In this document: one piece after another, positions 1-9,961 of the stretch
Layout of the letters: every line of letters starts with the position of its first letter
Numbering within the stretch: the first letter of the stretch is position 1
Assembly: GCA_035532835.1 (NCBI GenBank)
Contig: DATKQG010000059.1
Span: forward strand, 6,581-70,580
Origin: Candidatus Dormiibacterota bacterium
GTDB lineage: Bacteria > Vulcanimicrobiota > Vulcanimicrobiia > Vulcanimicrobiales > Vulcanimicrobiaceae
Length of the DNA stretch: 64,000 nucleotides
Reading direction: 5' to 3'
Notes under the pieces: model-generated
What the model was told of the DNA's origin: nothing
The model's database searches: none
Seen by the model: only the letters and a program-made list of their open reading frames with translations
Made by a program: the position numbers and the translations under genes

Positions 1-3000
1 GCGTGGAGCTGACGGACGCCGGCGCGTGCGAGGCTCCGGTTGATTGCGGGAATTGAGGCCGCGTAGGCGTTGTAGGAACTCAGCGCGGCGCGGTATTCGG
101 CGTCGATGCGGGCGTAGAACTGCGCCGCGGCAGGCGTGATGATCCCCTGCAGCGGGAAGGTTTCGAGTGTCGTCAGCGCGTTGTCCAGATTCTCGCGCAA
201 GGCGCCCGGTCGAGAGACGGAGTCTTCGGAGTTTGTATAGTTTGCCGTCAGTTGCGCGGTGACGGTTGCGCGATCTCGGCGCGCGCGCGCAAGCGCGGCA
301 GCGGCAGGGCCGGCTGTGAGCGCAGGCTCATCCCCCAGGGCCTTCTGCACGTTGTCGAGCTGATTGAGCATGGTGTCGACGCTCGAATAGATGCGCGTCA
401 ACTTCGCGAACGCATCGAAACTCTGCTGCATTTGTGCCTGGGTTTCGGTGGATTTCGGATCCGGCTTTACCAAGAAGCGTCGTGTGTATGTTTTGCCGTG
501 CAGCGATATGCGCACCGCATAGTGGCCGGGTACCACCATCGGCCCGTCGTCGGGGCCTCCGAACGCGCGGTTCGCTGCGCCCGTCCACTTGACCGGCGGT
601 GCTGTGGTGAAGTTCCACACGACGCGGTTCGAACCGGCGGCGTTTGTTCCGGTTAGCGTGCGGACGACGTGCCCGGAGGCATCGAGAATCGTCAACTGCG
701 GTGCCGTTGATTGGGATGAGGCCTGATAGTATGTGATCGGCACGCCGTACGGCGGATTGGCCGCGGCGTAATTCGTGTAGGTGCCTTCCGTGTTGTTCGT
801 AAGATTGTATTCATACGACGTGCGCGGTTGGAAGAGCCACGTACCGGATGCGACCGCTTTGGGGAGATCCTGTAGCGGGCGAATGTCGTCCATCACCCAA
901 ATCGAACGACCGTGCGTCGCGAGCACGAGGTCGTCGAACTGCGGTTGAATGCGGATGTCTTGAACCGAAACGGCGGGCATGTTGTTGCGCAGACTCTGCC
1001 ACCGCTCGCCGCGATCGTAGGAGACCCACACGCCTTCTTCGGTTCCCAAGTACACGAGGTTGGGGTTGCGGTTATCGGGGCGGATCGAACGCGTCCACAG
1101 ATCGTTCGGCAGATCGTTGACGATCGAACGCCAATGCGCGCCGTAATCGCGCGTCACCCAGACGTGCGGGGCGCTATTGCCCAGCAGGTGTGCGTCTTCC
1201 ACGGCGTATGCGGTGCCGCGTTCGAGCATCGAGGGCGCGACCGTTTCGAAACGTCCGTAGCGAATCGCATCCGGCGGCGTGACGTTCGTCCAGTGGGCGC
1301 CGCCATCGCGCGTCATCTGCACGAGGCCGTCGTCAGTCCCAACCCAAATCTCGCCGCGCGAAAGCGGCGAGCCTTCGATATCCAGAATCGTGTCGGTGTA
1401 CTCGGCGCCGGTGACGTCGTGTGTGATCGGGCCGCCGGCCGGAGCCTGATGCGCCTTGTCGTTGAGCGTGAGATCGGGGCTGATCGGCCGCCAAGTGTGT
1501 CCGCCGTCGGTCGTCTGGAAGACGACGTTGGCGCCGGACCACACGATGTGCGAATTCCACGGCGCAAAGCCGATCGGCGAATCCCAGTTAAAGCGGTACG
1601 GGCTCGATGCGATGTTGTAGCTCTCCTGAACGGTCGTCCAATACGGTTGCACGAACGTGTACTCGCGCGAGCTCCGCTTGTAGGTGAAGAGCCCTCCGTC
1701 TTGTCCGTCCGACCAGATGAGATTCGGGTTGTGGGGATCGGGAATGGCCCATTGCCCGTCGTCGTCGTAGACGATCGCGTACCAATCTGCGTTGGTGTTG
1801 CCGGCCATATCGAGCGAGTTCGATGGCCCGCAATAGGAATTATTGTCCTGCAATCCGCCGCAGATGGTGTAAGGGTTGTCGTTGCCTAACCCGACATGGT
1901 AGAACTGCCCGATCGGCAGGTTTGCCCAGAACGCCCAGGTGTCGCCGCCGTTGACCGTTAGCGCATACCCGCCGTCCTCGCCGACGATGACGCGCTTGGG
2001 ATCGCTCAGCGCGATCCAGATGGCATGAAAATCGCCGTGTACGTTGCGCGCGATTGCTTTGAACGTCTTGCCGCCATCGGTGCTTTGCGCAAGTTCCGTC
2101 GACGCGGTGAATACGTGGTTAGGATTACGCGGATCGACCGCGATATGTGAGAAGTAAAAGGGTCGTTGATCGACGAGCGTGTTCGAACTCACCAGTTTCC
2201 ACGTCGCGCCGTTATCGTCGGAGCGCCAGAGAATGCCTTGCTTCGATTCGATCAGCGCGTAGACGCGATTCGGATCGCTGGGAGCGACCGCGAGTCCGAT
2301 GCGGCCCGTGATGCCCGTGGGCAGCCCGTGGCCGGTAAGGCGGCTCCACGTTCGGCCACCGTCTGCCGAACGGTACAAGCCATCTTTATTTCCGCCGCTG
2401 CTGAACGTCCATGGCCGGCGCTGAAACTCCCACACGCCCGCGTAGATGACATTCGGGGTACCGGGATTCATCGCCATATCGGAGATGCCGCTGCGCGGGC
2501 CGACATCGAGCGTCTTACTCCAACTCTTTCCCCCGTCAAACGTGACGTACACGCCGCGATCCGGCGAATCGGCGAAGACGTTGCCGAGTGCGCCGACGAT
2601 GACGTGTTGCGGATCGGTTGGATCGATCAGGATGCGCGAGATATATTTCGTCGCGCGCAGGCCGACGTTCGTCCACGTCTTGCCGCCGTCGGTCGACTTG
2701 TAGACGCCGTTACCATAACTGACGTCATTGCGCGGATTCGATTCGCCCGTACCGACCCAGACCGTGTTGTCGTTCGTCGGATCGATCGCGACCGCGCCGA
2801 TCGATCCGACGCCCTCTTTATCGAAGACGGCCTGCCAGCTGGCGCCCCCGTCGGTACTTTTCCAGACACCGCCTCCGGCCGCTCCGAGAAAATAGAGACT
2901 TGCATCACGGTTCGACCCCGCAACGGCCGTCACGCGGCCGCCGGCCACCGCGGGGCCGGCCTCCCGCCAGTGCAGATTGCCGGTGGGGAGAACCGCGGCA

Positions 3001-3056
3001 GCGGCAACGAGCGGTGCGAATAGCAGCGCAACGAGAGCGATGAGCGAGCGAATCAT
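1..3056 (-). CDS. Secreted BNR/Asp-box repeat protein (Sortilin/VPS10-type, glycosyl-hydrolase-like); C-terminus lies beyond the left edge
   Basis: Hand translation of the minus strand; the ORF is absent from the track because it runs off the window. ATG at 3056, signal-like MIRSLIALVALLFAPLVAAAA, then at least 10 Asp-box motifs (STDGGASW, STDGGKTW, TFDGGKSW, SADGGRTW, SDDNGATW, TTDGGHTW, TRDGGAHW, TRDYGAHW, SYDRGERW). The plus-strand ORFs here (912..1889, 2166..3023) are Arg-rich antisense artefacts. Confidence 0.8.
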   Translation of the reverse strand, partial: MIRSLIALVALLFAPLVAAAAVLPTGNLHWREAGPAVAGGRVTAVAGSNRDASLYFLGAAGGGVWKSTDGGASWQAVFDKEGVGSIGAVAIDPTNDNTVWVGTGESNPRNDVSYGNGVYKSTDGGKTWTNVGLRATKYISRILIDPTDPQHVIVGALGNVFADSPDRGVYVTFDGGKSWSKTLDVGPRSGISDMAMNPGTPNVIYAGVWEFQRRPWTFSSGGNKDGLYRSADGGRTWSRLTGHGLPTGITGRIGLAVAPSDPNRVYALIESKQGILWRSDDNGATWKLVSSNTLVDQRPFYFSHIAVDPRNPNHVFTASTELAQSTDGGKTFKAIARNVHGDFHAIWIALSDPKRVIVGEDGGYALTVNGGDTWAFWANLPIGQFYHVGLGNDNPYTICGGLQDNNSYCGPSNSLDMAGNTNADWYAIVYDDDGQWAIPDPHNPNLIWSDGQDGGLFTYKRSSREYTFVQPYWTTVQESYNIASSPYRFNWDSPIGFAPWNSHIVWSGANVVFQTTDGGHTWRPISPDLTLNDKAHQAPAGGPITHDVTGAEYTDTILDIEGSPLSRGEIWVGTDDGLVQMTRDGGAHWTNVTPPDAIRYGRFETVAPSMLERGTAYAVEDAHLLGNSAPHVWVTRDYGAHWRSIVNDLPNDLWTRSIRPDNRNPNLVYLGTEEGVWVSYDRGERWQSLRNNMPAVSVQDIRIQPQFDDLVLATHGRSIWVMDDIRPLQDLPKAVASGTWLFQPRTSYEYNLTNNTEGTYTNYAAANPPYGVPITYYQASSQSTAPQLTILDASGHVVRTLTGTNAAGSNRVVWNFTTAPPVKWTGAANRAFGGPDDGPMVVPGHYAVRISLHGKTYTRRFLVKPDPKSTETQAQMQQSFDAFAKLTRIYSSVDTMLNQLDNVQKALGDEPALTAGPAAAALARARRDRATVTAQLTANYTNSEDSVSRPGALRENLDNALTTLETFPLQGIITPAAAQFYARIDAEYRAALSSYNAYAASIPAINRSLARAGVRQLH

Positions 3057-3140
3057 CACCCATGCTTAAAAATCCGGTCTGCTTTTGCCTTTCCGCAGGT
3101 CGCGTGAATCGGCACATTATCGGGGCATGGTCGTGCGGAC

Positions 3141-4172
3141 TCATCTTTTATCTTCGAGCTCGCGCATGAAAGCGGCGAGGTGAGCCGACCAGAGCTTCGG
3201 GTGTGCCGTTGTTGAGTGGCCTACCGTTTCTTCCGATGCTTCTTGCATGACGAAGCGGCCATGGGCAACCAGCGGCATGCAGCGTGCGAGCGCATTGAGA
3301 GAGACCGGATTGAGTTCGTCGTCGGAGAAAGCCAGCGCGTAGACCTTGGCTTTAATCGAAGCCAGCCCGGGCTCCGGGTCGTAATCGGCAGAGGCCTCCA
3401 AGGCGTACAGCACGTCGTTCGCATCGGCCGACTCCGCTTGCGCGCGGGCGGCCCTGAGGAATTGCTCGGCAGCGTCGATATCGGGGATGATGGATTGCAA
3501 GTGCGGCACGCTATCGGTCATCATGCGAAGGATCGCGTAAGCCCGAAGCCAGCCTTCCGGCGGCTCCTCGTAGTGCCCATCGTTCCAAGCGGGGTCGGAG
3601 CGGATGGCATCGATGACCAGTCGCCGCCAAAGCAGATTGCGGCCCGCAATCTTCACCGGTAAGGAGACGATGGGCACGATCGCGTCCATCGCGTCGGGGA
3701 AAGCCTCGGCCCACTGCCACGCATGCATCCCGCCCATCGACATTCCAACCACGGCGCGAAGGCGCTCGATTCCCAACACCTCGGTCACGAGCCGATGCTG
3801 AAGGTCCACCATGTCGCCATATCCGTAGTTGGGAAATGCGGTCTTCATCCCGTCGCTCGGTTTGCTCGAACGGCCGTGGCCGAGGTTGTCGGGGAAAATC
3901 AGGAAAAAACGGCGCGCATCCAGAGGCTTGCCGGGAGCGAACAGCGCGTCTACGTACTCTGCGGTGAGCAGCACTCGCGCGTCCGCTCGCGTCCAGTGCA
4001 GAAGAAGAATCGCGTTGTCGATCCGCCCCGCCGCATCGCGATGCGCTTCTCCGAGCGTCGCGTAGTGCATCCGGAGCCGCGCGATACGCTGGCCGTTTCG
4101 AAAGCGGTAATCGTCAAACCACACGTCGGTGTGGGTTGCCGGTATCTCTCGGTCGCTCACGATGTCACCCAT
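3141..4172 (-). CDS. Alpha/beta-fold hydrolase, homoserine O-acetyltransferase (MetX)-like family
   Basis: 343-aa ORF with nucleophile elbow GMSMGG (VVGMSMGGMHAWQWAEAFPD) and a LGHGRSSKP segment, as in MetX-like alpha/beta hydrolases. Substrate unknown. Confidence 0.75.
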   Translation of the reverse strand: MGDIVSDREIPATHTDVWFDDYRFRNGQRIARLRMHYATLGEAHRDAAGRIDNAILLLHWTRADARVLLTAEYVDALFAPGKPLDARRFFLIFPDNLGHGRSSKPSDGMKTAFPNYGYGDMVDLQHRLVTEVLGIERLRAVVGMSMGGMHAWQWAEAFPDAMDAIVPIVSLPVKIAGRNLLWRRLVIDAIRSDPAWNDGHYEEPPEGWLRAYAILRMMTDSVPHLQSIIPDIDAAEQFLRAARAQAESADANDVLYALEASADYDPEPGLASIKAKVYALAFSDDELNPVSLNALARCMPLVAHGRFVMQEASEETVGHSTTAHPKLWSAHLAAFMRELEDKR

Positions 4173-4790
4173 ACCGAAGGGAGGGCCGGCCCGTGAGCCG
4201 CCACGGTAATATCCGGCAGCTTACAACTGGACTCCATGTTTTCCAAATAATACCATTCTCGAGCGAGCTGGGACTCCGGGCAGGCCGGGCAGGCAAAGGA
4301 AGGCAGCGAAGCGCCGCTTGGTGCGCACAAAAAATGGTACCTAGCGCACTTTTTAATATCGGGTGTTTGTCGAAAGGATTGGTCGGAGATGGGCACTTTC
4401 TCGCCGAGCGACTATGCATCCAACGTTACCAGCGCAAACCAGCCGACCGACGCGATCTTCAACTACTGGAACACGGCCGTGTCGCAATGGTTTACCACGA
4501 AGTCAGCAGCAACGGTTTGGCATACGGTTTTGCATACGACGACGTGTGTGCCCAAAGCACGACGATGCAGTTCTCGCTTGCGAGCGCCGGCATCACGATG
4601 ACGCTCGGGAAGTTCTTCAGCTAAAGGCGTCTAAAGCCGTCGTTTGCGGCGCCACGAAGCGCCATCGACGGCTCGGCTGCAAGTCTCTCGAATCGTTGGG
4701 CGCGTGTGGAGGCCGCCGCGGCCCGTTTTGGCGAGCTTCACCGTTTCTTCTGCGTTCTTGCTTGCGGCTCGTGGTAGCGTTAGAGACCTA

Positions 4791-5858
4791 ATGCGTAACC
4801 CGATCGGAACTACGCTCGCCGTCACCGCAACCGTCTTGGGCGTCCTCGCCTGCGCATGGCTGGCCGTGAAGGCCGCTCCGGCCATTCTGATCCTGCTCGT
4901 CTCCGCGATCGTGGCCAGCGCGGTCGCGCCGCTCGGTGACCGCATCGCCGGGATCTCGTTTGGGCGCGCCGGCCGCCGAACGCTTCCCCGGGGCACCGCC
5001 CTCGTCATCGCCTACGTACTCGTGCTCGGGGTCATCGGCTCGGCGGTTGCCTACTACGTTTACGTGATCGGTGAGGAAGCGCAACGCCTCGTCGTCGATA
5101 TTCCGACGCTGGTGCGCCGGGTGACCGGCTCCCTCGCGCACTTGCGGGAGCTCTATCCATGGCTTCCCTCGCCAGAGAGCATTATCGGCCAAGCATCGAG
5201 CGACGAGAGCGTCGCACGGATGTATGCCGCGCGCGCCTATTCCGCGACCGTCGGAGCGGTCGGCATCGTATGGTCGGCGATCACCGTTGTGATCCTCTCG
5301 TTTTATATGGCGCTCGAATCCGACCACTTGCGCGACATGTTCCTCGATCTTGCCCCCGAGCGCCATCGAGCGACGATCTCTCGCGGGCTCCAACTCATCG
5401 GTCTGCAGTTTGGACGATACGCGCGCGGACAATTGCTTATAGCAACGATCATGGGTGTCACGGCGACCATCGGCGCAGCGGCGATCGGGCTTCGCTTTCC
5501 CTTCCTGATCGGCGCGGTTGTCGGGTTGGCGGATTTCATCCCGCTGGTCGGGGCGGTGGTGGGTGCGATTCCGGCGACGCTGATCGCGCTCACGCAAGAA
5601 CGCTGGCAACTCGTCGCGATCCTGATCTTTTTCTTCGTCATCCAGCAGATCGAAAACAACGTCCTGATTCCGAAGATCATGAGCCGGGCCGTGCGCATCT
5701 CGCCGGTCGTGACGCTCGCCGCGCTCCTGATCGGGGGAGCGGCATTCGGCATCGCCGGGGCGCTTATCGCCATTCCGTTCGCGGCGGCGCTCCAAGTGGC
5801 GATTCCGACGCTGATCGGTATGCTCCGGGAGGACGCTCGCAAGGAAACCCAAGCATGA
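4791..5858 (+). CDS. AI-2E family transporter (PerM/UPF0118-like membrane protein)
   Basis: Polytopic membrane protein with the family-typical C-terminal core (ADFIPLVGAVVGAIPATLIAL ... QQIENNVLIPKIM). Start trimmed from the track's 4644 to ATG 4791 (MRNPIGTTLAV), just before the first TM segment. Its stop overlaps the next gene (ATGA). Confidence 0.8.
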   Translation: MRNPIGTTLAVTATVLGVLACAWLAVKAAPAILILLVSAIVASAVAPLGDRIAGISFGRAGRRTLPRGTALVIAYVLVLGVIGSAVAYYVYVIGEEAQRLVVDIPTLVRRVTGSLAHLRELYPWLPSPESIIGQASSDESVARMYAARAYSATVGAVGIVWSAITVVILSFYMALESDHLRDMFLDLAPERHRATISRGLQLIGLQFGRYARGQLLIATIMGVTATIGAAAIGLRFPFLIGAVVGLADFIPLVGAVVGAIPATLIALTQERWQLVAILIFFFVIQQIENNVLIPKIMSRAVRISPVVTLAALLIGGAAFGIAGALIAIPFAAALQVAIPTLIGMLREDARKETQA

Positions 5859-8275
5859 GCGAGGGCCTCTCGCAGCGCGAAGCGGAAGCGCTGCTTGCAA
5901 GAGACGGGCCCAACGAACTGACTTCACGCTCGCGCGGTGCCTGGATCGAACTTGCGCTCGGCATCGCACGAGAACCGATGGTCGTGCTGCTCGTTGTCGC
6001 AGCCGCGATCTATGCGATATTCGGCGACCCGCGCGATGCCGCGGCCCTGGGCTTCTCCGTCGTTGCCGTCGTCGTCCTCACCGCGGTGCAGGAACTGCGC
6101 ACGAGCCGCGCGCTCGAGGCGCTGCGCGACCTCGCCTCACCCCGGGCGCTCGTCGTTCGCGACGGCGTCGAGACTCGCATCGCCGGGCGCGACGTCGTGG
6201 CCGGCGATACGTTGCTGCTGTACGAGGGCGATCGGGTAGCGGCGGACGCCGTCATCGTCGCCTCTCCGCACCTGCAAGTCGATGAATCGTTGCTCACCGG
6301 AGAATCGGTCGCGGTCAACAAAAGCGAAGCCGGCGCTCGCGTGTTCTCCGGGACGCTCGTCGTCGCGGGCAGCGCGCGCGCGACGGTTCTTGCGACCGGC
6401 TCCCAAACGCGCCTCGGGCAAATCGGCTCGTCGCTTGCGGAAGTCGAACGCACCGAAACGCCGCTGCAACGCGCGATGCTCCCGTTCGTCATGCGTCTCG
6501 CGGCCGCGGCGTTGGGTGTCTGCACGATCGCGACGCTCGCTTACGGATTCTTGCGCGGCGACTGGCTCAACGGGTTGCTCGCCGGCGTTAGCGCCGCAAT
6601 CTCGCTGTTACCCGAAGAGATACCGGTCGTACTGGCCGTCTTCTTCGCCGTTGGGGCGTGGCGTATCGCGCGCGAACACGTGCTGACGCGGCGTCTACCC
6701 GCCATCGAAGCGCTCGGCTCGGCAACCATCCTCTGCAGCGACAAAACCGGAACCCTCACACTCAACCGCATGCGCGTTGCCGAGAGCCTCGCATTCGACG
6801 GGGCGAGCGAAGGCGAGCTGTTGGCGACGGCCGCGCTCGCAAGCGAGCCTCGCTCGTTCGATCCGATGGAGCGTGCGATCGGAGAGCGCGCTCGGGAAAC
6901 CGGAGCATCGCCGGGACCCGGCGCGAACCTCGTGCGTCACTATCCGCTCTCCGCCGACTGGTTTGCGACCGCGTATGCCTACGCTTCCGGCGACGGATCC
7001 GTCGAGGTCGCGGCCAAGGGCGCGCCCGAGGCCATCCTCGCCATGTGCGCTCTCGACCCGGCCAAAAGCGCGGCGATCGCAGAACGCGTGCAATCGCTCG
7101 CGAACGAAGGCCTGCGCGTGCTGGCGGTCGCGCGCGGTAGCCTTGCGAGCGATGCATTGCAGCAGCACCAGCGCGATCTGCGCCTCACGTTTGCCGGGCT
7201 GATTGCCTTCGAAGACCCCATTCGCGACGGCGTGCCGGGCGCGGTCGCCGAGTGCGGGCGGGCCGGCGTACGCGTGCTCATGATTACGGGCGATCACCCG
7301 GCTACCGCGAGCGCGATCGCGCGTAAGATCGGGCTTCCCGATCCGGATCGCGTCATCACGGGGAACGACCTGAACGATCTCTCGGATGGCGTGCTTCTCG
7401 ACCGCATCGCGCTAACCAGCGTATTCGCGCGGATCGCGCCCGAACAGAAACTGCGGCTAGTGAAGCTGCTCGTCGCATCGGGTGAGGTCGTTGCAATGAC
7501 CGGTGACGGCGTTAACGACGCACCGGCGCTCAAAGCGGCGCACATCGGCATCGCGATGGGTGCTCGCGGGACGGATGTCGCGCGCGAAGCGGCCAGCCTC
7601 GTGTTAGTCGATGACGACTTCACCTCGATCGTCGCGGCGATTCGGCTCGGGCGGCGCATCTTCGACAACGTCCGCATGGCGATCGCCTACATCATCGCGG
7701 TCCACGTCCTCATCGCCGGTATCGCGCTCGTGCCGATCCTGCTGCTCTTCGCCTTGGTCCTCCTTCCGATTCACATCGTCTTCGTGGAACTCGTGGTCGA
7801 TCCGACGTGCTCGATCGCATTCGAAGTGGAACCGGCCGCGCCGGATGTGATGGATCGGCCGCCGCGCCGCCCGGACGATCCGGTGCTCTCCGTTCGCGCG
7901 GTCTTTGGGCACGTCGCCGAAGGGCTTATCGCGCTCTGTGCGCCGCTCGCGGCTCTGGCCTATGCGCGGTCCTTCGGCCTTGACGATAATACAACTCGCA
8001 CGATCGTGTTTAGTGCCTTCATGCTCGTCAACGTGGGCTTAATCGCCAACGGCGTCACGGCGAAGAACCGCGTGGCTGCGGCGCTCTCGCTCGGCGCGCT
8101 TGGCGTCCTCGCGGCAACGATCGCCATACCCGCGCTTCGCTCCATCTTTCATTTCGGGCTGCCGTCACCGGTGCAGCTCCTTACCGCAATGGCGATTGCG
8201 CTGGTGGTAGCACTCGCGAACTTCGCGTACCGCAAGCTGGTGCTGCGCCGTCGCAAGCCGCAGTTCGCGACGTGA
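5855..8275 (+). CDS. Cation-translocating P-type ATPase (P2-like, substrate uncertain, possibly Ca2+)
   Basis: Start trimmed from 5159 to ATG 5855 (MSEGLSQREAEALLARDGPNELT). Motifs: TGES, PEEIP, phosphorylation site CSDKTGTLT, MITGDHPATA, hinge MTGDGVNDAPALK. No heavy-metal CPC motif or N-terminal metal-binding domain. Confidence 0.9.
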   Translation: MSEGLSQREAEALLARDGPNELTSRSRGAWIELALGIAREPMVVLLVVAAAIYAIFGDPRDAAALGFSVVAVVVLTAVQELRTSRALEALRDLASPRALVVRDGVETRIAGRDVVAGDTLLLYEGDRVAADAVIVASPHLQVDESLLTGESVAVNKSEAGARVFSGTLVVAGSARATVLATGSQTRLGQIGSSLAEVERTETPLQRAMLPFVMRLAAAALGVCTIATLAYGFLRGDWLNGLLAGVSAAISLLPEEIPVVLAVFFAVGAWRIAREHVLTRRLPAIEALGSATILCSDKTGTLTLNRMRVAESLAFDGASEGELLATAALASEPRSFDPMERAIGERARETGASPGPGANLVRHYPLSADWFATAYAYASGDGSVEVAAKGAPEAILAMCALDPAKSAAIAERVQSLANEGLRVLAVARGSLASDALQQHQRDLRLTFAGLIAFEDPIRDGVPGAVAECGRAGVRVLMITGDHPATASAIARKIGLPDPDRVITGNDLNDLSDGVLLDRIALTSVFARIAPEQKLRLVKLLVASGEVVAMTGDGVNDAPALKAAHIGIAMGARGTDVAREAASLVLVDDDFTSIVAAIRLGRRIFDNVRMAIAYIIAVHVLIAGIALVPILLLFALVLLPIHIVFVELVVDPTCSIAFEVEPAAPDVMDRPPRRPDDPVLSVRAVFGHVAEGLIALCAPLAALAYARSFGLDDNTTRTIVFSAFMLVNVGLIANGVTAKNRVAAALSLGALGVLAATIAIPALRSIFHFGLPSPVQLLTAMAIALVVALANFAYRKLVLRRRKPQFAT

Positions 8276-8355
8276 GGCCGCGATAACGCGATAAAGGGAA
8301 CGTCACACGGTGTTACAAGCTAACGTGAGCGATAACACGATAAGGTAGGCCAACG

Positions 8356-8901
8356 ATGAAATGGAGATTTGAGCCCGGGCATAGCGCGGCGGAGTTTCGC
8401 GCCCGGCACATGATGGTTACTTGGGTCAGGGGATCCTTCAAAAACATGGAGGGTGAACTCGAGTTCGATCCCGGCCACCCCGAACGGCTTGCGGTTGAGG
8501 CGAGGATCGACGCGCGAACGTGCTGGAGCGGCGAACCCGCGCGCGACGAACACTTGCGCAGTGCCGATTTTTTGCATTGCGAACAGTATCCAACCATTCG
8601 CTTCGCAAGCACGGGCGCGGTGCAAATCGGGCCCGTAGACTACGAGGTCCTCGGCAATCTCACCATTCGCGCGGTGACGCTACCGGTGATGCTGGAGGTG
8701 CGACATTTGGGCATTTGGCAGACACCCTGGTGGGAAGACGGCGTCGACAAGGGGCCCAAAGAGCGCGCCGGATTTACCGGCAAAACGAGTATCGATCGTT
8801 ACGACTTCGGAGTGAACTGGAATAGCGAATTGCCGGGCGACGGAATCGTGGTGAGCCGGCGCATCGACATCGTGCTCGACGTCGAAGGCATTCGCGTTTG
8901 A
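8356..8901 (+). CDS. YceI family polyisoprenoid-binding protein
   Basis: 181 aa. Family-like N-terminus (HSAAEFRARHMMVTWVRGSFKNMEGELEFD) and C-terminal SIDRYDFGVNWN segment. Confidence 0.85.
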   Translation: MKWRFEPGHSAAEFRARHMMVTWVRGSFKNMEGELEFDPGHPERLAVEARIDARTCWSGEPARDEHLRSADFLHCEQYPTIRFASTGAVQIGPVDYEVLGNLTIRAVTLPVMLEVRHLGIWQTPWWEDGVDKGPKERAGFTGKTSIDRYDFGVNWNSELPGDGIVVSRRIDIVLDVEGIRV

Positions 8902-9803
8902 GAACGCTTCTCGCCGTCGCCTTGCTCGCATGCGCGCACCCCGCTTCATCGGTTATCGTGCATAGCCTCGATCGGGTTGGGCCTAAGCTGGCGACCAAAC
9001 AATCGCAAGCGTTCGTCGCGGAACAACTGCAAGGCGTTCCGGCGCCGGATCGCCTCGGCGCGCACATGCCGGTCGGCATACGAGCGGCGACCGTCGCTAC
9101 TTTGGTACTCCCTGCGGACGCGCACGGGCCCGCGACGTTCGTCGGCGTCAAACCGTGGACGGGCCATCGTAACCGTTATGTTGCGATCGTCTGCGCCGGC
9201 GGCGCGGGCCCGCTCTACCCGGGCCAGCCGCAATGCGCGCGCGCCGGCGATGCGAACTCCGCGCCTTTGCACGTCTATCTCGGCGTTATCGCTTTGCGAA
9301 ACGGCGTACCGGTCCTGATAGCTCGGGGCGGCCCCTTCGATGCCGCGACACGCTGGAGCGATTCGGGACTTCCGCGAGAACCGATGGCGGCCGAAGACGA
9401 TGCGGGCAAGCCTACCGGTCAATCGATTCGGCCGGACAGTATCGTTGGATTCGACCTCACCCCGCGTTCGATCGGAACGGGCACCAACACGTTCGGCGTG
9501 GTGACCGGTTGGATGGAAAGCTACTCCGGCGGCGGCGCGTATTTTACCGGCTTGAACCTGTTTGCGATCGACGGCCGGCGGGTGCGGCAGATTTTCGCCG
9601 CCCCAATCTCCGCATTCAGCGACGTTGCCGGAGATTGGCACAAAGATGGAACGCGCGATCACACGATCACCGACGCGGCGAATACTCTGGCCGTTTCCGC
9701 GCATCGTAGCAACGGCTATGACGATCTCATCGTCAAGAGCGCAAACGGATGCTGGGAACGCGTGTATCGCTGGTCAACTTCGGCCCGCGCGTACCGAAAT
9801 TAG
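8898..9803 (+). CDS. Hypothetical secreted protein or lipoprotein
   Basis: TTG start overlaps the yceI stop. N-terminus MRTLLAVALLACAHPASS looks like a signal peptide with a possible lipobox Cys. High third-position GC. No family recognised. Confidence 0.6.
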   Translation: MRTLLAVALLACAHPASSVIVHSLDRVGPKLATKQSQAFVAEQLQGVPAPDRLGAHMPVGIRAATVATLVLPADAHGPATFVGVKPWTGHRNRYVAIVCAGGAGPLYPGQPQCARAGDANSAPLHVYLGVIALRNGVPVLIARGGPFDAATRWSDSGLPREPMAAEDDAGKPTGQSIRPDSIVGFDLTPRSIGTGTNTFGVVTGWMESYSGGGAYFTGLNLFAIDGRRVRQIFAAPISAFSDVAGDWHKDGTRDHTITDAANTLAVSAHRSNGYDDLIVKSANGCWERVYRWSTSARAYRN

Positions 9804-9961
9804 GTCGCTACGGCTCCAGATTTGTCTGTTTGGAATATCTAGCGCTAGCGCGCATACACCATGCAGTTAGGCCCTGGGAATTAGTAGACAGGCAACGAAT
9901 CGTAGTCGTCCCCTGTGCTGACTGCCGTGCAGCCGGCGTTTGAAAGTTTTTGGAGGCTCAG

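Noticed and set aside
4788-5969. Long antisense or out-of-frame ORFs throughout the window. Examples: 4788..5969 (-), 912..1889 (+), 2166..3023 (+), 10231..10947 (-), 24313..25269 (+), 39821..40666 (-), 41570..42637 (-), 48484..49677 (-), 54336..55781 (-).
   Set aside because: They overlap genes with clear family signatures on the other strand or frame and are Arg/Pro/Ala-rich with no motifs. This is the expected stop-codon-poor artefact of high-GC DNA.
9831-9848. Sigma-54-like GG-N10-GC element (TGGAATATCTAGCGC) and the CTAGCGCTAG palindrome upstream of coxM.
   Set aside because: The -12 region does not match TTGC, and no enhancer-binding protein gene is nearby. The palindrome alone is too short to interpret.
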